A stretch of DNA of 64,000 bases from Isurus oxyrinchus (Eukaryota): assembly GCA_026770705.1 (NCBI GenBank), contig JANJGN010000021.1, forward strand, positions 107,508,001 through 107,572,000. Direction: 5' to 3'. Below are positions 35,593 through 47,692 of the stretch, piece after piece. Below the pieces are notes generated by a model. That model saw nothing but the letters and a program-made list of their open reading frames with translations, was not told where the DNA came from and ran no database searches. Each line of letters starts with the position of its first letter. The first letter of the stretch is position 1. The position numbers and the translations under genes were made by a program.

Positions 35593-36334
35593 TGTTACAA
35601 TCCCCGGAGAGACCGATAACTTTTAAAAAGAGATATAAATTTCCTCGTGATCTATGCAAAGAATCACAGGACAAGATTTCATGTTTTAAGACTCTTACTG
35701 TAACAAACACATTAAAATCAACATTGACCAACCATTACGTACAGAAATGGTATTCCCATTAACTTCTTAATACAACCAAAAATCCCACTCCACATTTATA
35801 TAATTACACCACACCCTCAGAGAAATGTCATTTTGTATTAAGTCCCAAGCTCCTCCCAGATTCAACAGCTGTCCCATGAGGGTGTATCTTACAGTCTCCT
35901 TTCTTTAAAAAAAAAGCCCCCTTCACTCAATCTTCTGATCATAATCCAATTGACTTCCAGAGGCAAGGTTCCCCCAGCGACACCTTGGTTCTCAATTCTT
36001 CACAATGTTTGTTCCCTTGCACAGGGGTTCCATCCTCACCAGTACTCTGCTCAGTATTTAACAAGGAAACAGTCCTTTTCTTCAGCACCTGCTGCTGGTC
36101 CTCTTCCCCAAATTCTCTGTCTGACAGGCTCTGAGAGTCCCTTGTGTTAAAACGTACACCTTATTTTCAATAAGTTTCGACATGGGCCCCTGCCCCATAG
36201 TGTCCAGGTCACATGGCCTTGTCTCTGGGCAGGTTTTGTAGAAGGCCACACCTCCCCCAAATGACACTATTTTATTTTGACTTAAATGACACAGGTTAAA
36301 CGTAACTCTCCCATAACGTCTGTCATTTGTAACG
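35593..36334. mobile_element. LTR-like or TIR element in the intron after the signal-peptide exon
   Basis: Termini tgttacaa / ttgtaacg. Flanks ctgccaac / ctgcccac match at 7 of 8 positions. Confidence 0.5.
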
Positions 36335-37410
36335 CTGCCCACAGTTCAGGCTGGGTGCGAAGTCCCTCATTGTGAATAGCCAGCATTGTAACTGGCTGAA
36401 TCTCCCTTCATTGCTAATCTTCAATTACTGAGATGCGGACAAAGAAAGGTTTGCATTTCCATAGCACCTTTCACGTCCTCAGGATGCCCCAAAACTCTTC
36501 ACAGCCCATGCAGTACTACAAATTTTTTTGAAGTGTAGTCACTGTCGTGACCTGTCATAAGCTGCGGTCCATTCTCAGAAAGAGAGTGCAGCACTCATTC
36601 GGTACCGAACGCATTTATACTCTTACGTCTTTGGAGTGGGGTTTTGAATCCGCGACCTTTTGACTCAGAGGCAGAGGTGAAATGAGCTGAGCCACGGCTA
36701 ACTATTGTGTGTTTACTGTGGTAAAACATCCCAAGATACTTAACCAGAGGAGAAATTCCTTCAGTCAGAGGCTTGTGAGTCTTTGGAATTCCCTAAGCTG
36801 TGGATGTCCGATTGTTGAGTATACTGAAGGCGGAGGTTGTTAGGTTCTTGGGCACTAAGGGAATGAAGGGATATGGGGAGCGGACGGGGAGGTGGAATGA
36901 GGTAGCAAAATGACGGAATAGGCTCGAGGGGCTGAATGGCCAACTGCTCTTGTTACTTATCGTCTTAACGAGCGTTATCAATCAGAGTTGGACACCACGC
37001 CACATTAAGTAAGGTAATCAAAAACTTAGTCAAGGGGGTAGGTTTTAAGGAGCATTTTAAAGGAGGAGAGAGAGGTGGAGAGGTGTGGGGCCCAGCCACC
37101 AATGGCAGAATGATGGGAGTGGGCGTGGGGGGGGTGGTGTTGGTGGCAGGGTGTGGGGGAGATGGGAAGGGGCTGGAATTGGAGGAACACAGTGATCCAG
37201 TTTATTGTCAATTGTCTGCCACATGTCCTGAGTACATCAGGGACTATACTTTAGAAAGCACTTCGTTTGCTGTAAAACGGTTTGGAACATCCTGTGGTAC
37301 GAAAGATGCTATATAAATGCATCTTTACGCGTGTATGGAAGTTGTTGTTATATTCCTGTTCTTAGTACATGGATTTAACGCCCAGTGTTTTTCTCCCCAC
37401 CTCTCCTCAG

Positions 37411-37764
37411 ATGTGTTCAGAGTTACTGGTCCTGAAGCCCCTGTCATTGCCATGCTTGGGGGGGTGGCAGTGTTGGAATGCCAGCTAATTCCGGAGAGAC
37501 CCCCGAATGGCATGGAATTACAGTGGGCCCGCAGTGATTCAGAACGTCATACCCCCATCCACAGGTACATCTTTGGGCAGGATGTGGAGGAGCAGTTAAC
37601 TGATGCCTACAGAGGGAGGACTGAGTTCTATAAGGATGAATTTAACCAGGGGAATGTCTCCCTCAAACTGAAGAATGTGAGGCTGCAGGATGAAGGCAGC
37701 TATCTGTGTATGGTCGAGCATGAGAACATCATCCAGCAAACATCCATTAAGCTGCAAGTGGCCA
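37411..37764 (+). CDS. Gene B IgV exon
   Basis: ctcctcag acceptor and A|gtaagt donor. DVFRVTGPEAPVIA..LECQL..MELQW..YRGRT..GNVSLKLKNVRLQDEGSYLC..LQVA is a BTN/MOG-type V-set domain with C-W-C and DxGxYxC. N-glycosylation sequon NVS. Confidence 0.95.
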
Positions 37765-37799
37765 GTAAGTCACACTGCTCACTAAAGAACCGTCTCTCC

Positions 37800-39510
37800 A
37801 CTCGATCAACACCTCCCGTCATCACTCACTCCGCAATCAGCATCCCCTCCACTCTCCACCTCTCCCCTCACTCCCTCTCCACTCCCCTCCTCTTTCCTCA
37901 CTCCCACCTCTCTCCTCACTCCCTCCTCACTCCCCTCACTGCCTCTCCACCCCCATCCACTCCACTCCTCTCCCCTCCTCTTCGGTCACTCCCCCTCCAC
38001 TCCCCCCTCCTCTCTCCTCACTGCCCTCCACTCTCTTGCACTCCCCCTCCACTTCCCTCTTCTCCGGTCACTCTCTCTCCTCATTCCCCTCCACCCCCTC
38101 CACTCCCCTCCACCCCCTCCACTCCCCTCCACACCTTTCCTCCCTCCCCTCCCCTCCTCTCCCCACCTCTCCCCTTACTCCCTCTCCACTCCCTCTCCAT
38201 GCCCTCTCCACTCCTCTCCCCTCTACTCCTCTCCTCTCACTCCCTTTCCACTCCCCTCCTCTCCCCTCACTCCCTCCACTCCCCTCCACGCCCACCACTC
38301 CCCTCCACGCCCACCACTCCCCTCCATGCCCACCACTCCCCTCCTCTCCCCTTACTCCCCTCCTCTCCCCTTACTCCCCTCCACTCCCTCTCCACTCCCT
38401 TTACTCCCTCTCCCATCATCACTCACTCCGCCATCAGTATCCTCTCCTCCCCTCCGCTCTCCTCCACTCATCTCGTCTCCCATTCCTTTACTTCTTCTCC
38501 TGCCATCACTCACTCTGCCATCAGCATCCCCTCCACTCTCCTCTTCTCCCCCCACTTCCTCTCCTCCCCTCACTTCCTCTCCACTCCCTTTACTCCCTCC
38601 CTCATCATCACTCACTCCGCCTTCAGCATCCCCTCCACTCCCCTTGTCTCACCTCCTCACCCCTCGTCTCACCTCCTCTCCCCTCCTCTCCCCTCCACTC
38701 ACCTCCTCTCCCCTCCCTTTACTCCGTCTCCCGTCGTCACTCGCTCCGCCATCAGCATCCCCTCCTCTCCTCTCACTCCCTCTCCACTCCCTTTATTCCA
38801 TCTCCCATCATCACTCACTCTGCCATCAGCATCCCCTCCACTCCCCTCACTTCCATTCCTCTCCTCTCCCCTCACTCCCTCTCCACTCCCCTTATTCCCT
38901 CTCCTGTCATCACTCATTCCACCATCAACTAACCCTCCACTCCCCTCATCCCTTTCCATCAACTCTCACCTCCACTTCCATCAGTCCGCCTCTTCTCCCC
39001 TCACTTTCCATCCACTCCACTCACTTTACTCTTCTCCCTCCTCACTCGTCCTTCTCTCCCTCACTCCCTCTCCTCTCCCTCACTCCCTCTCCTCTCCCTC
39101 CTCACTCCCCTCCACTTTCTTCACCTCTCTCTGCACCCCTCTCTTCCCCTCCACTCCCTCACTCCCCCTCCACTCCCTTCACCTCCACTGTGTTCCCATC
39201 AGTGCCCCTTCACTATCCTCACTCCCCCTTCTATCTCTTCCTCTCCCCTCACTCTCTCTCCACACCCCTCACTCCCCCTCCTTTTTCCTCATGTCCCCTC
39301 ACTTCCCCTCTATTCCTTTTACTACCCCTCCTCTCTCCTCACTCACCCTGCACTCTCTCGTTTTCCCTTCTCTCTCCTCCGCTCCTATCACTCTCCTCCA
39401 GTCTTCCTCTACTCCTCTCAATCTCCCTCCGCCACTACCACCAATCTCCCTCCCATCACTCTCCCCCATCCCTTCCACCCTTGCTGCCCTCTCCACCCAC
39501 TGTTGTCCTT
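37800..39510 (+). repeat. C/T-rich low-complexity tract with a recurring catcactcactccgccatcagcatcccctcc motif
   Basis: About 1.7 kb almost devoid of G on the + strand, directly after the IgV donor. Confidence 0.9.
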
Positions 39511-39529
39511 ACTAAACTTGAGTACAGCA

Positions 39530-40370
39530 TCAAAATGGAGAGGATTGCAACAAATTACAAGAGAACATTAATAAACGTGCTGCATGGGTAAATAATCAGA
39601 AAATGAAGTTGAACACAGATAAATGTGAGGCAGTATGTTGTGCAAGAAGAATAGGGCACCTTGGAAGGTGCAAGTCTTGGTGAGTAGAGAAACAAAAAGA
39701 TCCTGGAGTAAAATAATAATCACCAAAAGCTACATCACAGGTCAGCAAGATTGTTAAAAAGCAAACCAAGCACTAGGTTTTATTGCTAAAGGAATAGAAT
39801 TGTGAAGTTACACTAAAGCTGTATCAAACCTTGGTTAGACCAACACTGAGCAGTGCATACAGTATTTTTATAAAACAGATTATAGGAAGAATATAGAGGC
39901 ACTGGAGGGGGTGCAGAGCAGATTTACAAGGATGATTAGCTGAAATACCTGGACACACACATCAGGAAAGGGCTGATAGGCTGGGTCTCTTTTCTCTTGG
40001 GAAAAGGCGGCCAAGGTGGGACCGAATAGAGATCTTGAAAGTGATGCAAGTTTTTAACATCCCCCCCCACCAAGGGGGAAGAGAATAATGAGCGGCCATC
40101 AATATAAGATAGTCACCAAGAAATCCAATAGCGAATTCAGAAGGACCTTTTACTAAGAGTGGTGAAAATATGGAATTCGCTACCACAGGGAGTGAACAGT
40201 ATTTAACGGGAAGCTAGACAAGCAGATGAAGGAGAAGGGAATAGATGTTTCCAATGAGAGATTTAGATCAGAAAAGATGGGAGGAGATGCGAGTGGGGCA
40301 TAAGCACCAGCATCAACTGGTTGGGACGAATGGCCTGTTCCTGTAATGTATATCCCATACGATCCTATTT
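39530..40370 (+). mobile_element. CR1 3' fragment, degenerate
   Basis: Recognisable ORF2 C-terminal and tail sequence. Confidence 0.65.
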
Positions 40371-40374
40371 AGAC

Positions 40375-40885
40375 AGCTGAAGGCACGGCCGCCCATGCTG
40401 GAGCGATTAAAATCAGGGCTGGTCAAGAGGCCGCAATTGGGGGAGCACAGTTATCTCGGAGGGTTGTGAGATGGAGGAGCTTACAGAGACAGGGAGGGGG
40501 TTGGGGCGGGGCGAGACTGTGGAGGGATTTGAAAACAAGGGTGAGAATTTTAACACTGAGATGTTACTTGACCAGGAGTTGGTGTGGGTCAGCGAGCACA
40601 GGGCTGAGTACAGGTTAAGACTCGGGCAGCAGAGTTTTGGAATGACCTCAAGTTTATTGAGGGTAGAATGTGGGAGGGAGTCATTGGAATAGCCGAGTCT
40701 GGAAGTAACAAAGACATGGATGAGGGTTTCAGCAGCAGACGAGCTGAAATGGGGGTGAGGCCGTGTGATATTACGGACGTGGAAATAGGTGGTCTTAGTG
40801 CCGGCAGGAGTACGAGGTCGGGAGCTCATCTTGGGATCAAAGATGACATCAAATTTGCAAATGGACTGACTTAATAAACTATTAC
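40375..40885 (-). mobile_element. L2 3' fragment
   Basis: YFHVRNI.R....SSSAAETLIHVFVTSRL.YSN. Confidence 0.75.
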
Positions 40886-40899
40886 CATGGTCCGGTAGT

Positions 40900-40932
<33 letters not shown>

Positions 40933-41008
40933 GGAGTTTTGTTTTCACAGAACAACCACGTCTTCCCAGTGATTCCTTCCTCCTGACTGACAATTCTTCT
41001 AACCGTAG

Positions 41009-41296
41009 GCTTTGGCGACCGCCCTGCGATACGATTGGACGGCTACCGCGCGGACGGAATCGGGCTCCAATGTGATTCGTCCAGCTGGTACCCTGCCCCC
41101 GCGTTGTACTGGACAGACGAGAACGGCAAGGACGTGACGGACGAAGCCACGACCAAGCCAGTGCAGAGCACGGGGGGTCTCTACAGCATCTCCAGCACCA
41201 TTGAGGTAACGGGCGTCTCTGCCAGCAGCAACTTTAAGTGCCTGGTGAACAGCAACATCTTGAAACATTCGCAGGAGAGCAGCCTCCGGATCCCAG
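41009..41296 (+). CDS. Gene B IgC exon
   Basis: ccgtag acceptor and CAG|gtcagt donor. SFGDRPAIRLDGY..GIGLQCDSSSWYPAPALYWTDENG..GLYSISS..FKCLVNS is a BTN/B7-type C domain. 288 nt. Confidence 0.93.
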
Positions 41297-42582
41297 GTCA
41301 GTGTGGTGGCTGAGCGTGCAACTGTAGAAAAGTGAGGTTGCGCACTTTTATAGCGCGACCGCGGAACCTCCGAAAGCGCTTTGTGGCCAATTAAATACTT
41401 CCCTGATGTTTGTGTTCCCACTCCAGTGAGGTGAGCCCATCAGCCCTAGACTGACACTTCAGTGCCGTACTGAGGGAGTGCTGCACTGTCAGTGGTGCTG
41501 TTAAACTGAGGTCTCCAAAGTGGACATAAAAACCCCCATGGCACTATTTCAACGAGAGAGAGTAACTATTGCAAAGCAACCTCCAGGTTACATTCTCACC
41601 CTCTGTAAAGCTTAAAACTCCGTTCATCTTTTTAATTCAGTTAGTATCTGCCCACTACATTTCAGTGTCCTGTCTACATGGGACCCCGAAATCTCTTTGG
41701 ACTTCCACCGCTCCCAGCCTTTCAAAAAGTTACTCTGATCTCCCCCGTGGTTTTGGTCCAAATTGAATAAATGCGCCCCTAACTCTGTTGAACTCCACTT
41801 GCCACAGTTTCTCCTGCTCACTTAACCTATCGATGTTTATTTTCTGCTCATGTCCATATGGAGGGGATAGGGACTGGAGACTGTCAGCCACTCGGTATCG
41901 TGCCACGTATTTCAACAAAGAAGGGTATGAGGAGATCCTGATCCACCCCATCTGCGTTTGAAGAGCTAAAGCAGAAGAGAAAAGGCACCTTACGGGGTCG
42001 GTGACTGGAGGGTGGGAACTTCAGATCTTTGCCAAAGGGGCTGGAGGGCGGGGAGATTGGGAGCAGTATTCTAAGTGGAGAGCTCCACCAGAGGGCTAGC
42101 ACCTGCAAGACAGGCCGAGTGGCCTCCTACTGTGGTGCCAGTGTCATCGGCAATCGGGCTTTCCCTTCATGGGCGGGCTCAATCAGGATAGAGAAGGGGC
42201 CCTTTCCACACTGGTCCTCACCAACTCTAGGGCCATGGAATGGAAGGGGGTGGGACCTTTATTAACCAGGAACACCTGCTTCCCCCCACCCCCCCACCGC
42301 CAAGTCCAGGTAGAGAGGACATATTGAGAATGGGAATAAGTCAAATAGTTTCCTGACAGATCATCGTCAAGACTTATAAGTGGGCAGAGAACTAGATGGC
42401 CACAGCTCCAGGCTTCTAATTACTCCCCCCCCCCCCCCCCCCCACCCCCCTGCTTTCAGTTGGTGCTGGGAAGGTTTTGTTGGTGACACGAGCCTGTGTG
42501 GGAGTGAGCAAGACGCGGGCCTAAACGTCAGAGCCAGGGGTCAATTTAATAAACGGAGGCTTCCTTCTGATTCTGTTTCCAG

Positions 42583-42702
42583 ATGAATTCTTCCCCAGGA
42601 TGTCGAAATTCTTCACCGTTTTCATCCTGTTTCTCATCGTGCTCCTGGGATTAATGGCTGGAGCAGGGTACTACCAGTTCAGAAAGTGGACAGATATGAA
42701 AG
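42583..42702 (+). CDS. Gene B transmembrane exon
   Basis: tttccag acceptor and AAG|gtatga donor. DEFFPRMSKFFTVFILFLIVLLGLMAGAGYYQFRKWTDMK has the BTN-typical FFP before the hydrophobic helix and basic RK after it. Confidence 0.92.
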
Positions 42703-42714
42703 GTATGACGCACT

Positions 42715-43910
42715 GGCCATGGACAAGGCACCGTTGTGAGGCAGGGCATCATTTTGAGTCAGGGCTTCGAGACGAGGTGAAGACATGTGAGGCAGGGTGC
42801 CATTTTTGAGACGCGGGTGTCAATTTATGGAGGTGGGGCAATTTTGAGAGCGAGCACAAATCATGGAAATTGAGTAACAAGGGCACGGTTTTGAGACAGT
42901 GTGCCATTTCAATACAGGGAAGCATTTTGGGATAGGGGCACCATTTTGAGACAATGTGCCGCTTTCATACAGGGAAGCATTTTGATACGTGGCACCATTT
43001 TGGGCCAGAACACCATTCTATAAGACAGGGCGCCATTAAACAGGACACATTTTGAGGCAGGGTGACATTTTGAGAAATAGTGTCATAAAAAATGGACCAC
43101 ATTGAGAAAAGTGCCGTTTTCTTTGAAAAGAAGTAACTGGAACACCATTTGGAGACAGTTTGCCATTTGATGACAGGATATCATTTTGACACACGGTGCT
43201 ACTTTGATACAGGGCAGCAACTTGTGAAAAGGTACCACTTTGAGACAGGGCACCAGGTTGTCATTGTAAGACAGGCACCATTGAGAGGCCATCATTTTGA
43301 GACAGGGTGCCATGTTGAGACTGGTTGTCATTGTAAGACAGGGCACCATGGGAGAGAGAACCATGTTAAGAAAAGAGCACCATTATGAGACAGGGTGACA
43401 TTCTGACCCAGTGCCATTTTAAGGAAGTGGGGAAATTGAGAGACAGGAACACTTTTTGTGGAAATGCAGGAATTTAGGTATGGGGTGCCATTTTGATAGT
43501 TTTGATACTAGACAGCATTTTGCTAAATGGCACTATTGTGCATCATCCATGGCACCATTTTGATACAGGGTGCCATTTTCAGGCAGGGTACCATGAAGAA
43601 ATTATGCCATTTTGAGGAAAGTAGGCCATTGTGAGACAGGATGCCATTCTGAGAAAATGCAGCCATTTTGAAACAGGGTACCATTTTGATAGCGGACACC
43701 ACTCTGAGGGAGGCTGCTATGTGAGGCATTGAAAGACAAAATGCTGCAATTTTGATACAGTGCATCAATTTGAAACGGACCTCGGCGCCATTTTGAGACA
43801 GGATGGTATTCTGAGGAAATTATGCCATTTTGATACTTGGCGGACTTTTGAGACCGTTCACCATTCTGGGGTGTCAATTTTAGAAAAAAAGTTTGCCATT
43901 TTAAGATTTG
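42715..43910 (+). repeat. Degenerate ~20-22-bp tandem repeat (gccattttgagacaggg)
   Basis: Dozens of diverged copies begin just after the TM exon donor. Confidence 0.8.
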
Positions 43911-44499
43911 AGATGGAAATGAATCTTCCTTTCTTGAATTAAATAGTTAAATCGTGACAACTAAACAGTTACCTGTAAAGGGGTCTTCAGGAGTTGGGCT
44001 CTGTTGCCTGGGGACCAATTCCCTGAGAGGCGGGAGGGCTGCAGTGGGAAAGCGTGTGATCTAAGATGGTGGAGCTTAATCTAGTCAGTGACGGGAAATT
44101 TGCACGCTCGCTATTTCACAATATACTCTAATTAAATGGGGGAGAGAATTGGCTTTCACAAGAAAATCGTATGTTGTGTGCCATAACGCTGCTGTCCTTT
44201 AGTAAACAGTACATCAGCCGCCTTGCCCAGGAACAACTAATAAATATTCATGAATGTGTGTAGCATATGTGTGTGTTTGTGTGTGTGCACCAAGTAGTGT
44301 CTGTGTATGTACGTAGTATTTGTGTAATGTGAGTAGTATGTGTGTGCATAGTGTGTGCGTCTTTTGTCTGTACTGTGTGTGTGTGTCTGTCTGTCTTGCT
44401 GTGGTATGTGTACTGTGTGCGCATGCTCTGTGTGTGTTTGTGTGGCCTGTGTGTGTGTATTCTGTGTATCCTCTGTGTGTCCACCTTGGTGTCGTATGT

Positions 44500-44745
44500 A
44501 AAAACAAAGAAAACTGCGGATGCTGGAAATCCAAAACAAAAACAGAATTACCTGGAAAAACTCAGCAGGTCTGGCAGCATCGGCGGAGAAGAAAAGAGTT
44601 GACGTTTCGAGTCCTCTTGACCCTTCGACAGAACTTGATCATCAAGTTCTGTCGAAGGGTCATGAGGACTCGAAACGTCAACTCTTTTCTTCTCCGACGA
44701 TGCTGCCAGACCTGCTGAGTTTTTCCAGGTAATTCTGTTTTTGTT
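44500..44745. mobile_element. Young palindromic (foldback) Penelope-derived mini-element; 14-bp TSD
   Basis: About 107-bp near-perfect inverted arms around a 1-nt centre (44640), almost identical to the termini of the 8791-11214 element. TTGGTGTCGTATGT occurs at 44486-44499 and 44746-44759. Inserted in a (GT)-rich tract. Confidence 0.9.
44645..44683 (+). ncRNA. Minimal hammerhead-like motif (mirror copy on - strand at 44597-44635)
   Basis: Same sequence as 11076-11114. Confidence 0.65.
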
Positions 44746-44863
44746 TTGGTGTCGTATGTCTTGTGTGAGGTGTGTGTGTGTGTGTGTGGCGTCTGTGATT
44801 TTGTAGTGTATGTGTGAGATCAAACAGTGCAACGTATGTACAAACCTCTCTGTTCTCTTTCAG

Positions 44864-44890
44864 AGTTACGCAGTCGGCCAGCGCTTGAAA
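44864..44890 (+). CDS. Gene B micro-exon 1 (27 nt, ELRSRPALE)
   Basis: ctctttcag acceptor, A|gtaagt donor, phase 1-1, no stop. Confidence 0.8.
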
Positions 44891-45204
44891 GTAAGTAATT
44901 TAAACATTGCTCCTACCATCTTTATGTGCCCTCCATCAATTGTATCAGAGTGCCAGCCATGACCAATGGGTAGCACTCACACACGTAATTCAGAAGGTTC
45001 AAATCCCATTCTGGACACTTGAACGCAGTAATTAAGGCTGACACTCCCAGGGCAGTACTGAGGGAATGCTGCACCGTCATAGGTGCCACCTTCCTGACCT
45101 AGAAAATAGCTCGTGAAGAAATTCCACCACCGACCCCTTAACAATTTATCAAGGGGATGGGCCCTGCCAGCAATGCCCATACCTTGAAAGCAAATAAGAA
45201 AAAT

Positions 45205-46612
45205 GAGAACAGGAGGAGGCCATTCAGCCTGTTGGACCTGTTCCACCATTCATTGAGATCATGGCTGACCTAATGACCTGACCCCATTTGCCCACCTTTG
45301 CCCCATACCCCTTAATACCCTTGGAGAAATATACAATGTAAGGGAAATCAACCAATTTATACTGCATGAGAAGAGAGTGCTAATTCGTTGGCAAGTGGAC
45401 TCTGAATGGTAGTGGTGTTGCCTTCGAGTATGCACCAGTTGGTGGTGACTGACAGTTAACTGCCGAGCATTGTTTGAAATTTACACCACGCAGCTTGACC
45501 CTGATTGGCTGCCCAGTTTAAATTTTAAATAATGCTTGGCTGTTAACTGTCAATCATCATCAACTGCTGCATTCTCCATGGCAACACCCCTGCCAATCAG
45601 ACTCCACCTGCCAACGAAACAGCACTCTCTTCTCATAGAGTATAAATCGGTTGATTTCCCTGACATCGGTATTTTCTTGCGAATGTCCTGATGAGTGCAA
45701 GACAAAAAACTTTGACAAAAATTGTCTCTTTTTTTCAGCAATAAACAAGTTCTGTATTACTGAACGGCCTCTGGCTAACAAAAACCTATCAATCTCGGAT
45801 GTAAAGTTAACGGTTGACCCAGCACCAGTTGCTATTTCTGGAAGGGAATTCGAAACCTCCATCTCCCTTTGTGTGTAGAAATAACGCTTAATTTCACTTC
45901 CTGAAATGTCTGGCTCTAATTTTAACATGATGCTCCCCCATCCTACACCCGCCAACCAGCGGCAGTAGCTTCTCCCTGTTAACTGTTCCCCTTATTAATT
46001 TGAAAACTTGTGCCAAATTGCCCCAGAAGCTTCTAAACTCCAGGAAAAACAGCCCCAGTTTGTTTAATCGCTCCTTGTGGCTTAACCCTTGGAGTCCAGG
46101 TTTCATTCTGGTAAATCTACACTACACTCCTTCCAAGACCACAGAAACATAGAAACTAGGAGCAGGAGTAGGCCATTCGGCCCTTCGAGCCTGCTCCGCC
46201 ATTCATTATGATCATGGCTGATCATCCAACTCAATAGCCTGCTCCCACTTTCTCCCCATACCCTTTGATCCCTTTCGCCCCAACAGCTACTACTAACTCC
46301 TTCTTGAAGACATACAATGTTTTGGCCTCAACTACTTTCTGCGGTAGCGAATTCCTCAGGCTCACCACTCTCTGGGTGAAGAAATTTCTCCTCATCTCAG
46401 TCCTAAATGGTCCACCCTGTATCCTCAGACTGTGACCCCTGGTTCTGGACTCCCCCACCGTCGGGGACATCCTTCCTGCAACTACCCTGTCTAGTCCTGT
46501 TAGTTTTTTATAGGTTCCTATGAGATTCCCCCCCTCATTCTTCTGAAGGAGGTGGAGCTCAGAACAGAACACAGTATTCTAGATGTGGTTTAACAAGAGC
46601 TTGGCGTGGCTG
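45205..46612 (-). mobile_element. CR1 3' fragment with a nested younger CR1 (46141-46545) and a foldback element
   Basis: ERLNKLGLFFLEFR and SRTRGHSLRIQG..RTEMRRNFFTQRVV. Confidence 0.78.
45324..45765. mobile_element. Second foldback family (about 160-bp degenerate arms) with a hammerhead-like tail, inserted in a CR1 3' end
   Basis: gggaaatcaaccaatttatact..gagaagagagtgct..acagttaac versus gttaactgt..agcactctcttctc..agtataaatcggttgatttccc, followed by tgtc-CTGATGA-gtgcaagac..gaca at about 45684-45718. Confidence 0.6.
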
Positions 46613-46614
46613 TA

Positions 46615-46852
46615 ACAAAAACAGAAAATGCTGGAAACGCACAGCAAGTCTGGCAGCACCTGTGGAGAGGGAAACGGAGAGTCAACGTTTTGAGTCCATA
46701 TGACCCTTCTTCAGAGCTGAAGAGAAGTGGAAATGTGATGAAATTTATAATGTTTAAGGGAGGGGGGGGGTGGAGCAGGTGGAGCTGGATAGAAGGCCAG
46801 CGATAGATAGGGACAAAGGAGAGATTGACAAAATATGTCATGAACTAAAGGA
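46615..46852 (-). mobile_element. Penelope terminal-repeat fragment
   Basis: Similar to the Penelope terminus; degenerate hammerhead on the - strand (CTGAAGA-A-GGGTC..GACTC). Confidence 0.65.
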
Positions 46853-47043
46853 CATCTTATGTAGCTGTAGCCTGACTTCAATTTCTTTGTGGTTCTGGTC
46901 CTCTAGAAATGCTCATGACCTGGGCCGCCAACTCTCTTTACTAGTTAATAGTCAATTGCCAATAGTTAACTTGTTAACTCCTGTTAACCGCTGAGCTCGC
47001 TGACCTACACTGGCTCCCAGTCCCGCAAACCCTCGATTTCAAA

Positions 47044-47281
47044 CTAAAGCAAAATATCGCGGATGCTGGAAACCTGAAATAAAAACAGAAAATGCCGGAA
47101 AAGCTCAGCAGGTCTGATGGCATCTGTGGGCAGAAAGAAACAGAGTTAACATTTCGAGTCCGTCTGACTCTTCCTCAAGTCCTGAAGAAGACTCATGTTG
47201 GGCTTGAAACGTTAACTCCGTTTTTTTCTCCCCACAGACGCGGGCCAGGCCTGCTGAGCTTTTCCGGTGTTGTCTGTTTTC
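47044..47281. mobile_element. Older degenerate palindromic Penelope-derived mini-element within an L2 remnant
   Basis: Arms ..ggaaaagctcagcagg..gagttaacatttcgagtc and ..gaaacgttaactcc..cctgctgagcttttcc. Imperfect TSD aaccctcgatttcaaa / aacctcggtttcaaa. Confidence 0.7.
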
Positions 47282-47665
47282 AACCTCGGTTTCAAATCCC
47301 GCCTCCCCCTATCTCGGTAATCTTCCCCAATCCCACAATACCTTCGCGCTCATCGAATTCCGGTGTCTCGAGCTTCCCTGATTTTAGTCACTCCAACGTT
47401 TTTGGCTGGGCCTTCAGCTCCGGAAGGTCCTCTCCAAACTGCTCCGACTCTCCGCCACTCTCTCCATCTCCAAAAATGCAGCATAAATCTGACCAGCCTT
47501 TGGGAAATCTATCCTAATATCTCCTTATGTTGCTCGCTGTCGGATTTAGTTTGTTAACTCTCCCGTGAAGCGGCCCGGGATGTTTTATTATGCTTAAGGG
47601 GCTATGTAGCTACAAGTAGGAGTTGAGAATGGCTGCCCATTGATCTGTGTTCTCTTTTATTGCAG

Positions 47666-47692
47666 AATTCAAATCTGTAATGGAGCTACAAG
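47666..47692 (+). CDS. Gene B micro-exon 2 (27 nt, KFKSVMELQ)
   Basis: ttttattgcag acceptor, AAG|gtaaga donor, phase 1-1. Confidence 0.8.

Noticed and set aside
37317-39515. 732-aa ORF as a stand-alone gene
   Set aside because: It is intron, then the IgV exon, then low-complexity intron. Canonical splice sites bracket only the IgV part. Kept only as a low-probability isoform.
18395-46545. Long-range pairing between oppositely oriented CR1 tails (18395-18705 and 46141-46450)
   Set aside because: They are short, diverged and 28 kb apart, which is expected by chance in CR1-rich DNA.
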